From Planctomycetota bacterium (GTDB lineage Bacteria > Planctomycetota > SZUA-567 > H5-PLA8): a stretch of 64,000 nt of DNA. The position numbers and the translations under genes are program-made. The stretch is from positions 1 to 64,000 of the forward strand of contig JBBRPR010000028.1 in assembly GCA_038227875.1 (NCBI GenBank), in the 5' to 3' direction. A model generated the notes under the pieces. That model made no database searches and had not been told where the DNA came from. It saw only the letters and a list, made by a program, of their open reading frames with translations. Position 1 is the first letter of the stretch. Each line of letters begins with the position of its first letter. Below are positions 39,285-49,323 of this stretch, piece after piece.

Positions 39285-40964
39285 CTAACGTTCGGGCGGT
39301 TTGACCAGTTCGTATTCCGAGAGATGCTGATCGTACTGCGCGCGCTCGTCATCCGACAGATCGGGCGGGATTAGCGCGATCGCCTGCTTTTCCAAAGCCA
39401 GGGCCTTGTTGACATCATTGTTATGGAACCACGCCAGCGCCAGCGTGTCGAGGATCGCGTAATTTTTCGGATCCAACTCTGCCGCGCGCTGAGCCATGGG
39501 CAGTGCGGCCTTGGGATCACGCAGCGATTCGTCATCGCTCATCAGGAATTCCCACGCCGAATCGTTCAGGGCCAGAGCGCTCTTGGGGTTGGTCTTGATC
39601 CACTCCTTGCAGAGTTCCATTTTACCCTTGGGATCCCTGCGTGCGCCGTAGATCAGAATAAGATTTTTGTAGGCTTCTTCCGATTCATTGACCGTATCCA
39701 TTTGGATTGCTTTACGCAGATCGGCTTCGCCCTCGGACAGTTGTCCTTTCAGCGTGCGATAATATCCGCGCTGGAAAAATTCATGAGCCAGCTTCGGCTC
39801 GCGCTTCTCCAGCCGCTGTCCCTGCACGATCGCCCGACCGCGAAAGGCGGCATCGTTGACCCACCATTTCAGTTTGCGTTTGTAGGCGTCGTCCTGGTCG
39901 CACATCCTCATCATCTTCGCGAAATCGACGTTATAAATAGTGTCGCGTCCCAGCGCATATCCGGCGATGGCGGTCAGCGAGAGCGGGGTCCAGATTTTCG
40001 GGTCGACGTCGGCAGCCCTGGTGGCGTAGAGCAGACAGGCGTCATAATCTTCCACAAGGCGTGCAGCTTCCGCTCGGGCGACCAGAAGCGGCGCATTGAC
40101 GGGTTCCTGCTTGATCAAATCGTCGAGTTCTACAATCGCGTGGGCGTAGTCTCCGGCGTTGACGAGCCCTTGAATCCTGTTGGCGCTGAGAATCAGCGGA
40201 CTGGCCACCGGTGAGTACGATGCGGCAGCGCGTGGCGTCTCCGGCGCTTCCAATGCGGATGATTTGGGTGGCGAATCTGTTGGCTTTTTATCCGGAACAT
40301 TCGCCACTGCTGGCGGCTCCGGCTTTTCCAGTTTCTCGCGCAGCGTCCGCGCACGCGAGGCGACGATGCTGTCGTTCCACTTCGCCAGGTACGCGTCGAT
40401 CAAGGCGATCTTTTTGTTGTTCTCTTCGGCGCAGCACTGCGCCACTTCCTTATCCAACACCTCGAACGCCGCGGTCGCGGCCTTTTCGTCCAGAACGGGT
40501 TTGACCGGGACGACGGGATCGGGCCGGTCGCCCATCACGGGATGCGGGGGCGCCGAAATATGCGTCGGCGCCGGCGTGAGGTTGATGTTGACGAGCACCA
40601 CGCCGGTGATCAGTAGCAGCACGCCGGCGATCGTGGCGATGCGGATTTTGCTCGACCCCGCGCGCGGAGCGTTGCGGGCCCTGCGATGCGGACGCTCGTC
40701 TTCCGCTTCAGCTTCGACGGGCTCCGGCTCGGGCGGAGGCTGGACGGTATTTTTACCCGTGGACTTGCGGCGCAAGCCTTTGCTCGACGGACGCACATTA
40801 TCGGGTTGGACCAGCTTGGCCGCCTGCCGCGTGCGATCGGCCCGGTTTTCCTTCTTGAGGCAGTCTTTGCAGTAAACAAGCGTGGTGGTGCTCAGACCCG
40901 TGACGTTGCCCAGGTCGGCCTTGGTGACGCGCGCGCCGCAGGATTGACAGAACCAGATCTGCAT
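39285..40964 (-). CDS. Membrane-anchored TPR protein with an N-terminal Zn finger
   Basis: FCQSCG...YCKDC, basic linker, one TM segment, TPR-like helices including ALNDSAW and ILDTLALAW. Start chosen at ATG 40964. Confidence 0.8.
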   Translation of the reverse strand: MQIWFCQSCGARVTKADLGNVTGLSTTTLVYCKDCLKKENRADRTRQAAKLVQPDNVRPSSKGLRRKSTGKNTVQPPPEPEPVEAEAEDERPHRRARNAPRAGSSKIRIATIAGVLLLITGVVLVNINLTPAPTHISAPPHPVMGDRPDPVVPVKPVLDEKAATAAFEVLDKEVAQCCAEENNKKIALIDAYLAKWNDSIVASRARTLREKLEKPEPPAVANVPDKKPTDSPPKSSALEAPETPRAAASYSPVASPLILSANRIQGLVNAGDYAHAIVELDDLIKQEPVNAPLLVARAEAARLVEDYDACLLYATRAADVDPKIWTPLSLTAIAGYALGRDTIYNVDFAKMMRMCDQDDAYKRKLKWWVNDAAFRGRAIVQGQRLEKREPKLAHEFFQRGYYRTLKGQLSEGEADLRKAIQMDTVNESEEAYKNLILIYGARRDPKGKMELCKEWIKTNPKSALALNDSAWEFLMSDDESLRDPKAALPMAQRAAELDPKNYAILDTLALAWFHNNDVNKALALEKQAIALIPPDLSDDERAQYDQHLSEYELVKPPER

Positions 40965-41190
40965 AGGTCCGGCTTTCGTCCAAGATTCCGTAACAAGTTT
41001 GCGCCGTTTTGTACACGAACACAAGTGCCGAGTGCCATACTGTCACAGCAGCCAGACTCGATATTCCGGCTGGGACCTTAGTGACAGCTGTCGCTAAGGT
41101 GGCATTGCTTGACAAACTGGCATATGGCGCGAAGGTGGCAGCCCGCTTGACAGTCCTTAGTGAATGTAATCGAGAGGAGACCTCCCGTCA

Positions 41191-43758
41191 ATGCACCTTG
41201 TGCGTTTAACCTGCTGTCTGGCACTAACCTTATGTATCACAACGTTTGCAGCGACAGATTTTAAAGTCGGACCGGACACCACGGTGGACAGTCTGGCCGT
41301 GTGCGCCGGGCAGACCAACTACCTCGTCAGTTGGCGCGACCTGCGCAATGGTCCGAGCACCCCGCGCATTACCGGCACGGTCGTCACCACCACCGGAACG
41401 CAGATTCCTGATTTTCCGATCTCCGATGTCGGCGGGCAGCCGGTCGCCGCGCCCGTTCAGCGCGCGACGTCGGCGTTCGACAACGCCAACTATCTGGTGG
41501 TGTGGGCCGACAACCGTTCCGGCGGCGCGGGAATTCGCGGGGCGCTGGTCTCGCCGCAGGGTGTCGTGGCCGGCGGGCATGATTTTCTGATCGCGCCAGT
41601 CACCACGTTGAACAACAACAATCCGCAGGTCATCTTCGCCGCGGCCGATTATTGTGTCGCCTGGCAGGACACTCCGGCGGGAAGCTCCGGTGGCACCCAA
41701 ATCTTCTACACGCGCATTTCGTTCGCCGGCGTGGTTCAGCCCGTGGTGGCACTGCCGCTGAATTCCGGCACCACGTCTTACAATCAGTCGCTGGAATTTC
41801 TCGTCCGCGGCCTCGATGCGGAAGTGCTGCTGGTCTACCAGGATCTCGCCGCCTCACCGGCCGCGTGCATGGGTGTGCGCATCGCTGCCGACAATACCAT
41901 CGCCGCGACTGCGGGCGTCAGCCAGACGCTGCTGTTCAAGCGCGAGATTGCCGACAACGGCTTCGGTGTGCCCGTCGCCGTGGGCTACGACGGCACGCAG
42001 TACATCGTGCTCAGTTCATTCGGCGCCCAGATTGATTCGACGATCTTCCAGACGCGTTTCCGCATCGACGGCACGGTGCTTCGCCCGGCCGGCAGTTTCG
42101 CCGAGATTGCGCAGGGCGCGACGGGTCTGGTCGAAGATGTGTTTCCGCGCGGGATTTACAATCCGTCCGTCTCGAACGTGCAGATCACGCCGAGCATCGT
42201 CAACAACACCGCGACGAGCGAATGGCTGTTCCTGCGGAATATCAAAGCCAGCGACACCGCGTATCATATTTTCTTCGAACGCGTGCTCAACGACGGCACC
42301 AACCGCGACCTCAATCCGGTGATCCAGGACAGCGCGCAGCAGGGCATTTTGAACGGCGTCGTCGCCGCAGTGATTGGGACGCAGTACTTGATCGTCTGGC
42401 AGGACGGGCGCCGCCTGCCTTCGCAGCCCAGCGCCGGCGGCAACATCTACGGCGTGCTTTACGACGACACACAACTGGGCGACGTGACCAAGCCGTTTCT
42501 GAAAGCCATCGCGCGGGCTGGCCCGATCAGTGGTGTCGCGCCGCTGATCGTGCAGTTTGTCGGCGATTCCTCGAGCGGCGCGGTCGATTCGTTCGGCTGG
42601 GATTTTGGCGACGGGACGTCCGTCGCCACGCTGAGCCCCCAGCACACGTACACCGCCGACGGCACGTACACGGCGGTGCTCTCGCTGCGGCGCTTCGGCT
42701 ATCAGCTCCACGATTTCATTCGCATCGCCGTGGGCGGAACGCTGCTCGGCGGCGGCGGCGGTCCGGCGCAGTCGACAGCCGGAACGCTGGGAGCGAATAG
42801 CAGCGGCGTCAATCCGTATCTGCTGGTTTCGAACCTGGTGCTGGCGGCCGATTACAAGACCGCCAACAGCGACCAGTTACGCTTCTTCGGCTATTTCGAT
42901 CCCAGCAACCTGCCGATCTCGCTGAAGGGAACCAGCGGCGTGCTGAACATCGGAAGCAACACCTACGCGTTCAGCATCGATTCGACTGGCAAGGTCGTGG
43001 TGCCCTCGACGGGTGCCAAGATTGTTTTCAACATCAACCTGACCTCCGGCGCGTTTGTCGTTTCCACCACCGCCGACAATCTGGCCCCGGTGCTCTCTGC
43101 GGTGGGCGCAAAAAACGAGACGGTGACCAAGCCGGGCAAGACGATCACGATTCCCGTCAGCTTCACGTTCGCGAATCTCAGCTACCAGGCCAACGTCACG
43201 GGCAATTACCTCGCGACGGCGGGCAAAAGTGGACGCTTCAATTATCAGTTCGCCGTGAAGGATCAAGGCGCGACGGACGCCGGGTTCATTCACATCAGCG
43301 GAGCGGCCGCGAAGGAAGGCGGAGCCTCACCCAACCGCACCGATTCATTTGGCGTCACCGGTACCGTGGGCGTCGGCACGACGTACGGCGTGATCAAGGC
43401 CGCCAGCGGCAACTGGACCATTGCACTGGGCAATTACACGGAGTCGATCCCTGTCAACCTGCTGACGACGACGAGCAAAGGAACGATCTACACCTACAAA
43501 CCTCCGACGGGAAAGAAGACGGGCATCGTGGTCTTTCAGTACGACACCGCCAGCGGCCGCTTCGCGCTGCAGGTCAAAAATATCCCCGCCGAAGGCGACG
43601 CCGCGTGCGGTTTGCCGCTGACGACCGCGACCGCTAACCGAGCCGACATGGCGTTCTCGGTGACGTTCGCGTCGGCGACGGGCTCGGATTATCAGTCGAG
43701 CATCTACGTGCGACTGGCGCGCAAGAAGAGCGGGAGCAAGAGTTGGGTGCTGCGCTGA
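41191..43758 (+). CDS. Secreted beta-rich repeat protein with a PKD domain and shared C-terminal domain(s)
   Basis: AGGAG RBS, signal peptide, repeated YLVxWxD.R units, PKD motif WDFGDG, C-terminal domain with YLATAGKSG. Confidence 0.85.
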   Translation: MHLVRLTCCLALTLCITTFAATDFKVGPDTTVDSLAVCAGQTNYLVSWRDLRNGPSTPRITGTVVTTTGTQIPDFPISDVGGQPVAAPVQRATSAFDNANYLVVWADNRSGGAGIRGALVSPQGVVAGGHDFLIAPVTTLNNNNPQVIFAAADYCVAWQDTPAGSSGGTQIFYTRISFAGVVQPVVALPLNSGTTSYNQSLEFLVRGLDAEVLLVYQDLAASPAACMGVRIAADNTIAATAGVSQTLLFKREIADNGFGVPVAVGYDGTQYIVLSSFGAQIDSTIFQTRFRIDGTVLRPAGSFAEIAQGATGLVEDVFPRGIYNPSVSNVQITPSIVNNTATSEWLFLRNIKASDTAYHIFFERVLNDGTNRDLNPVIQDSAQQGILNGVVAAVIGTQYLIVWQDGRRLPSQPSAGGNIYGVLYDDTQLGDVTKPFLKAIARAGPISGVAPLIVQFVGDSSSGAVDSFGWDFGDGTSVATLSPQHTYTADGTYTAVLSLRRFGYQLHDFIRIAVGGTLLGGGGGPAQSTAGTLGANSSGVNPYLLVSNLVLAADYKTANSDQLRFFGYFDPSNLPISLKGTSGVLNIGSNTYAFSIDSTGKVVVPSTGAKIVFNINLTSGAFVVSTTADNLAPVLSAVGAKNETVTKPGKTITIPVSFTFANLSYQANVTGNYLATAGKSGRFNYQFAVKDQGATDAGFIHISGAAAKEGGASPNRTDSFGVTGTVGVGTTYGVIKAASGNWTIALGNYTESIPVNLLTTTSKGTIYTYKPPTGKKTGIVVFQYDTASGRFALQVKNIPAEGDAACGLPLTTATANRADMAFSVTFASATGSDYQSSIYVRLARKKSGSKSWVLR

Positions 43759-43759
43759 G

Positions 43760-43972
43760 TCAGCGTTTGGTGCTGAGCTTTTCTACCAGCTTTATGACCA
43801 GCACAATCCACAGCACTTGGAGTACGGCAAACGAGATCCACGCCAAAGGACCCCACGGGCAACCCGCACTCGTTTTATTATCGATCAGGCTACCGAAGAC
43901 CGCCTGATTGACTAAGTAGGGAACCATCAGCCATTTGATGATGAACCACAACGCGCGCAGTCGAAAATACAT
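43760..43972 (-). CDS. Small hypothetical membrane protein
   Basis: 70 aa with two hydrophobic segments; GGAGG upstream; lower GC than the flanks. Confidence 0.45.
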   Translation of the reverse strand: MYFRLRALWFIIKWLMVPYLVNQAVFGSLIDNKTSAGCPWGPLAWISFAVLQVLWIVLVIKLVEKLSTKR

Positions 43973-44146
43973 TTTTGATACCTCCGCTTATACTCGTCAC
44001 GCAACATGAACGCGTAATCGAGCTGAAAGTGAAAATAGATCCTATAAAACATCTTAACAGAAGTGTGAAAAGGCTATTTCAGTGCGAAGGGCTTTCAATA
44101 CTTTTCCGAGGCAAAAAGTTACACATGTGACTGGCGGTGAATGCGT

Positions 44147-45745
44147 TTACAACTCTCGCTTCAACACCTTACCCGACGGATTGCGCGGCAGCTTCTCCAT
44201 CAACTTGATCGTGCGCGGTTGTTTGAAACCGGCGACCCGGGTGCTCAGGAATACTTTTAACTCACGCTCGGTCAGCGTGAATCCCGGGCGCGCGACGACG
44301 GCTGCGTGGACGACTTCGCCCAGCGCGGCGTCGGGGCGACCGTAGACGGCGGCTTCCTGTACGCCAGCGTGTTCGCAGAGCGCGTTTTCGACTTCAATCG
44401 GGTAGACGTTTTCGCCGGCGACGATGATCATTTCCTTTTTGCGGCCGCGCAGGAAGACGTAGCCTTCCGCGTCGATGAACGCCGTATCGCCCGTGTGAAA
44501 CCAGCCATCGACGATCGCCTGAGCGGTCGCTTCCGAGCGTTTGAAGTAGCCCAAGAAGACGCTCGGACCGCGGATGCACAGTTCGCCGATTTCCCCGGAC
44601 GGCAGCGTCTTGTTCTTCTCATCCAAAATGCACAGTTCCAGTCCCGGCGGCGCGCGGCCGATCGATTCGCTGCGCGGAATCGCCTGGCTGTCTTCGAGCA
44701 CCGTGGAGACCGACGTTGTCTCGGTCAGTCCGTAAAAATTATGGAGCTCTACGCCGGGGAACATCTCGCGCAGGCGCTGGATGGTCAGCGTCGACATCGG
44801 CGCGCCGGAGTAGCAGATCAAGCGCAGCGACGGCGCGGGACTTTCCTTCGCGCCGCCGGCCGGAAGCGCGTTAGCCAAGAGGTAAAACGTCGTCGGCACG
44901 CCGAAGAACGTCGTACATTTGAACGCGTTGATGGTGTGGAGTAGATCTTCCGGATCAATGTTCGATGAGACGACGAGCACGCCACCCTGGCTCAGCGCCG
45001 TCGGCATGATCGTATTCAAGCCCGTGACGTGGAAGAGCGGCACGACCAGCAGGTGAATATCCGATTCCACCAGCCCGTGGCCGGCTTTTGTGGCCTCAAT
45101 GTTGAAGAGCACGTTGCCGTGCGTGAGCATCGCGCCTTTGGGCTGGCCAGTGGTGCCGGAGGTATAGATGATCGCCGCGACGTCGCCGGGCGCTGTCAGC
45201 ACGCCGGTGCTGGCGGAATCCAGTTCCGTCGGCAGCGGCGCGCGGTCGAGCAATTCCTGAAACGGAACCGTGCCCGGCGGCGGAGTATCAAATCCGACGG
45301 CGACGATCGGCTTGGTCCAGTTCAGCGCCGCGAGCGCCTCCTGCGCCGGTTTCCATGTGGCCGGGTGGACGAAGACGGCCTGCGCTTCGCAGTTGCCGAG
45401 GATGAATTTCAGTTCTTCAGCTTTCAGGCGCGCGTTGACCGGGACCGCGACGCGGCCGGCGCGCAGGATTCCGAAGTAGACCGGCAGCAGGTCGATGCAA
45501 TTGGGCATCAGAATCGCAACGTTGGCGCGGCGTTCCGCCACGGAGAACGAATGGAATTCGCCTGAGATGTCCGCTCGCACCTTAAAGCGGTGAACCAGCG
45601 CGACCGCGACGCGCAACGCCGCCTGCTGCAGCCCGGCGAACGTGTATTCCGCATTCGATTCTGCATCGACGGCAAAGCGCCGGTCCGGCCACTTTTCAGC
45701 GGCGGCGTTGAGCAGGACGGTCAGGTTTTTCGGCGTGGTTTGCAT
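44147..45745 (-). CDS. Long-chain-fatty-acid--CoA ligase-like AMP-binding enzyme
   Basis: IYTSGTTGQPKG, PLFH, YGLTE, GWFHTGD, GRKKEMI...GENVYP.EVE, LPRNPSGKVLK. Start chosen at ATG 45745. Confidence 0.93.
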   Translation of the reverse strand: MQTTPKNLTVLLNAAAEKWPDRRFAVDAESNAEYTFAGLQQAALRVAVALVHRFKVRADISGEFHSFSVAERRANVAILMPNCIDLLPVYFGILRAGRVAVPVNARLKAEELKFILGNCEAQAVFVHPATWKPAQEALAALNWTKPIVAVGFDTPPPGTVPFQELLDRAPLPTELDSASTGVLTAPGDVAAIIYTSGTTGQPKGAMLTHGNVLFNIEATKAGHGLVESDIHLLVVPLFHVTGLNTIMPTALSQGGVLVVSSNIDPEDLLHTINAFKCTTFFGVPTTFYLLANALPAGGAKESPAPSLRLICYSGAPMSTLTIQRLREMFPGVELHNFYGLTETTSVSTVLEDSQAIPRSESIGRAPPGLELCILDEKNKTLPSGEIGELCIRGPSVFLGYFKRSEATAQAIVDGWFHTGDTAFIDAEGYVFLRGRKKEMIIVAGENVYPIEVENALCEHAGVQEAAVYGRPDAALGEVVHAAVVARPGFTLTERELKVFLSTRVAGFKQPRTIKLMEKLPRNPSGKVLKREL

Positions 45746-45881
45746 GGCTACAGCGTACCGCAGGCTTCCAGCCTGCAAGTGCGTCTGCGTGAAAGCTTCT
45801 TGCGGTAAAAGACAATTCCTCTCAAACTCCCCTATCATTTCATTTTCATCGCCGAATTGTTCTTTGTGAGGAAGGATTTTC

Positions 45882-48779
45882 ATGAAGCAGAAACCGGTCT
45901 CGTTTGCCCAGGAAGCCGAACAGATCCTCGCGCTATCGATCGCGCACCGCGTCAGCAAGATCGGGGGCTACGGTCCCGCGGGCGAGGTGATATACGAAGG
46001 CCATCCCTTCGGCTGCCCTTCCACGCTGGTCACCAATCGGCGCAGCGCCAAGAGCACGTTCATGTCGAACGGTTCGCTGGGCTTTGAAGTCAAGTTGCCC
46101 AGCGGCATGGACATCCGCGTCCTGAGCGACAGTTTCGACGCGACCGAAAAACGCGAGACCGGCGTGCCCTCGGCCAACGTCTGGCTCGACGTCTCAAGTG
46201 GAAAACTTCCCGTCATTACGTCGCTGATCAATCCGCGCTCCAATCTGAACTGCGAGCCTCAGGCGATCAAGATCGTCAAGCTCGGTGATCCCGGCCGCTC
46301 GATGTGGTACTGCGGCACGTTTGCGCCGGTCAAAGGCACTTCCTTCCAGACAGCCGTGAAGCTGTCGCTAGTGGACACGGCAAAAGGTCCGGCGCTGCTG
46401 CGCGAAGTCTTCGTCAAGAACACCGGCTCGCGTGTACTGAAGGGCAAACTCTGGGCCTTCTTCAATCTGCACGGCACGCAGCGCTTTGTGTACAACAAGG
46501 AAATCTGGTACGACTCCGGCCTGCCAGTTTCGCTGAATGAAATCGTGTCGGCGGCGACCGTTCCGTACACCAATATCGTTCAGATCAAATACATCTCGAA
46601 CGCCGCCACCGCCGGTCTCAAGGCCGTCGACGCGACCTGCGACTACTCGGCGTTTGTCGGCGACACCGCGGCGTTCGCCGCGCTGCCGCAGGCCGTTCGT
46701 GATGGCGCGCTGATCCCCGGCGCGGGCCAGCGTTTTAATCGTTTCACCATCGCCACGATCTCCGCCAATCAGTTTGCGCTCTCGCTTGCGCCCGGCAAGA
46801 GTGCGCAGTTGACGCAGAGCCTCCTCTACATCACCGACGAAAAGTTGATGGAGTCCTTCCGTAAGAAGTCCGCCTGCCGCTACCCCGATTATACGCTCGT
46901 CGCGAAGGCGTTTGTCGACGCCGCCAAAGACGTGATCAAGAATTCGCCCGGCGCAGCGCGCATTTCCGCGGACACCCGCGCTGCCAAAAAGGAGCTGGAG
47001 CGCCCGGCCTTCGAGCTGACGCTGCCCAAGCAGCGCGTCGTCTCCGAGTACGCAAAGTCCGTCTGGACCGGGGTGCAGGAATTGTACGAGAACTGCCGCG
47101 CGCACGGCGCCAAGCTGGCCAACGGCATCGAACTCGGCACGCGCGATCGCGGTCAGGACATGTGGCCAAAGATGAAGGAAGACGCTGGCCGCGTGCGCGC
47201 CGACCTGGTTCACGTCATGAGCCTGATGTGGGTGACCGTTGAGCCCGGCCACAAATGGAGCACGCCGCTGACCCGCGTCGAAAAACTGCATGGCATGTTC
47301 CCGCGTCAATACCCCAGCCGCTGGGACGATCGCACTCAGGAAGTGATGTGCGACAACCGCCCCTACTCCGACAGCCCGATCTGGCTGATCGATTCGTTGA
47401 ACATGTACCTCCGCGAAACCGGGGACATCAGCATTCTCACTGAAAAAGTGAAGACCGTGCGCCTGACCAACCCCGATGCGCCGGAGCAGTCGGGCATCGT
47501 TGGCCACGATCGGGAACACACAGTCGCTGAAGTGATGCTGGAAATCTTCGAGTGCTTCCAGCGCCACATCGAAGATTCGCCTTACGGCATGACGCAGGTG
47601 ATGTACGGCGACTGGTGCGATCCCATCGACATGTTCGGCACCTCAAAAATCGGCGACAGCACAACGCGCGGAAAGGGCAGGGGCTCGCACGTTCGTCTGA
47701 GCGCCCACATCTTCAACAGCATGATCGCCATGATCGATGCCTTTGAAGCCGGCAAGGTCAAGCAAGCGCTGAGTGGTCTGGCGCTCACGAAACGCATCGA
47801 CAGCCTGAAGTCCGTCGCCAACCGTCTGCGGCAGAGCATTGTGCGCGTCGCATGGGAAGCCGGAACGCGCGGCGTCCCCGGCGCGTTCCTCAATGTCATT
47901 CACGAACTCCATCGCGACGGCACGCGGCCGGACTACGCGAAAGGCGAGATCGGCTACACGATCGGCTCGATGCGCGGACGCGATTTTGACGGCATCAATC
48001 GTCGCGAACTGCTGACGCAGGCGCATTGTCTGCCGATGCTGCGCACGGTCCGCGCGTACCTCGAGCCGATTCCCGACGCCGACGCGTTGATCAAGGACAT
48101 CTTCGCGACCACGGACAAGGTACTTTACGACGACAAGCTGGGCCTGAAGTTGTTCGAGCCGCCGATCGCCAACAGCCAGCATTCGCGCGACTTGGTCGGC
48201 CGCATGGGAATTCTGCCCGCCGGTTGTGCCGAGAACGGCGAATACCACCACGCTCAGGTGATGATGCACCGCTTCCGCATGCAGGTGCCCGGCGAAGCCG
48301 ACACCGCGTGGCGGCAGTTCACCCGCATCGTTTCGGCGATGCGCGACGAATCGATCGCCGGCCCGTTCGAAATGCCGTGCACGTCCTACGCCTCAGACTC
48401 CGCCGATCCGCATTTCGGCAAGGGCATGTACTTTGGTCTCTCCGGCTCGACGGACTGGATTGTCGAAGTGCTTCAGGAAATCGCCGGCCTGCAGCTCAAC
48501 CTGCACGACGATGCGCAGCCGGCCGTGAAGATCACGCCGCATCTGCCAAAGGATGTGGAAGAGACGCTGACGTTCCGGCGCCCGATCCACGTGGCTGAAG
48601 CTGGCGGCGTTTTCCGGAGCATCGTGCTGACCGTCGAAATCAACCGCGAAGGCAGCGGCGCGAAGCTGCTTGAGACGCGGATCCGGATCAACGGTAAACG
48701 CGCCGAAGCCGCGGAGATCGGCAGCCTGGAGGGCGTGAAGAAGCTCGACGTGGCCATCACGTATGTGCGGGGGAAATAA
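45882..48779 (+). CDS. Divergent GH94-like glycoside phosphorylase
   Basis: GTRDRGQD, D.PIWL....YLRETGD.SIL, GDWCD, G..ENGEYHHA and SGSTDW resemble GH94 (alpha/alpha)6-barrel motifs. Confidence 0.75.
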   Translation: MKQKPVSFAQEAEQILALSIAHRVSKIGGYGPAGEVIYEGHPFGCPSTLVTNRRSAKSTFMSNGSLGFEVKLPSGMDIRVLSDSFDATEKRETGVPSANVWLDVSSGKLPVITSLINPRSNLNCEPQAIKIVKLGDPGRSMWYCGTFAPVKGTSFQTAVKLSLVDTAKGPALLREVFVKNTGSRVLKGKLWAFFNLHGTQRFVYNKEIWYDSGLPVSLNEIVSAATVPYTNIVQIKYISNAATAGLKAVDATCDYSAFVGDTAAFAALPQAVRDGALIPGAGQRFNRFTIATISANQFALSLAPGKSAQLTQSLLYITDEKLMESFRKKSACRYPDYTLVAKAFVDAAKDVIKNSPGAARISADTRAAKKELERPAFELTLPKQRVVSEYAKSVWTGVQELYENCRAHGAKLANGIELGTRDRGQDMWPKMKEDAGRVRADLVHVMSLMWVTVEPGHKWSTPLTRVEKLHGMFPRQYPSRWDDRTQEVMCDNRPYSDSPIWLIDSLNMYLRETGDISILTEKVKTVRLTNPDAPEQSGIVGHDREHTVAEVMLEIFECFQRHIEDSPYGMTQVMYGDWCDPIDMFGTSKIGDSTTRGKGRGSHVRLSAHIFNSMIAMIDAFEAGKVKQALSGLALTKRIDSLKSVANRLRQSIVRVAWEAGTRGVPGAFLNVIHELHRDGTRPDYAKGEIGYTIGSMRGRDFDGINRRELLTQAHCLPMLRTVRAYLEPIPDADALIKDIFATTDKVLYDDKLGLKLFEPPIANSQHSRDLVGRMGILPAGCAENGEYHHAQVMMHRFRMQVPGEADTAWRQFTRIVSAMRDESIAGPFEMPCTSYASDSADPHFGKGMYFGLSGSTDWIVEVLQEIAGLQLNLHDDAQPAVKITPHLPKDVEETLTFRRPIHVAEAGGVFRSIVLTVEINREGSGAKLLETRIRINGKRAEAAEIGSLEGVKKLDVAITYVRGK

Positions 48780-48787
48780 TCCACGCC

Positions 48788-49162
48788 ATGTCTGATACCA
48801 TTTACGCGCGGCCGGTATTTCGCGTTCGGGACGTTGCGGCCAGCATTGCGTACTACGAGTCGAAGTTGGGCTTTGCCAAAGCGTGGGTTCATGGCGATCC
48901 GACACTGATCATCGCTCAAGTCGGACGCGATGGCTGCGATATTATTTTGGATTCCAGCAGCGTGCTCCCCAAGCCCGGCACGACTTCGGCGTTGAGCCTT
49001 TCGGTAAACAACCTCGGCACGTTATATCGCGAACTTAAAGATCGCCGAGCAACCATTGCCGCGCCGCCGTTTTCGACGGTGTGGCAGCGCAACGTGTATC
49101 AGTTCGATGTCATCGACTTGGATGGAAATGTGTTGATGTTCTGGGGGGACAAGAACGAATAG
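48788..49162 (+). CDS. VOC/glyoxalase family protein
   Basis: PVFRVRDVAASIAYYE..LGF and FDVIDLDGNVLMF. Confidence 0.88.
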   Translation: MSDTIYARPVFRVRDVAASIAYYESKLGFAKAWVHGDPTLIIAQVGRDGCDIILDSSSVLPKPGTTSALSLSVNNLGTLYRELKDRRATIAAPPFSTVWQRNVYQFDVIDLDGNVLMFWGDKNE

Positions 49163-49323
49163 AAACGGTCAGGTTCTCGCCTCGGTCTCATCCCGGTTGG
49201 AAATCAGGATTCGCTCGGCTACTCCCATCTTATAAGCGGAGAGGGCATAAATTTTTCCATTTTTTCCGCGTGATCGCGCCAATTCCTACGCAATAGTGGC
49301 AGACTCAAGAGGTGTGAGGGGCG

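Noticed and set aside
41130..41155. Possible sigma54 promoter TGGCAG-N5-TTGA
   Set aside because: It lacks the conserved GC at -12.
43973..44146. AT-rich intergenic stretch as a pseudogene or ncRNA
   Set aside because: No recognisable frame, repeat or stable structure by eye.
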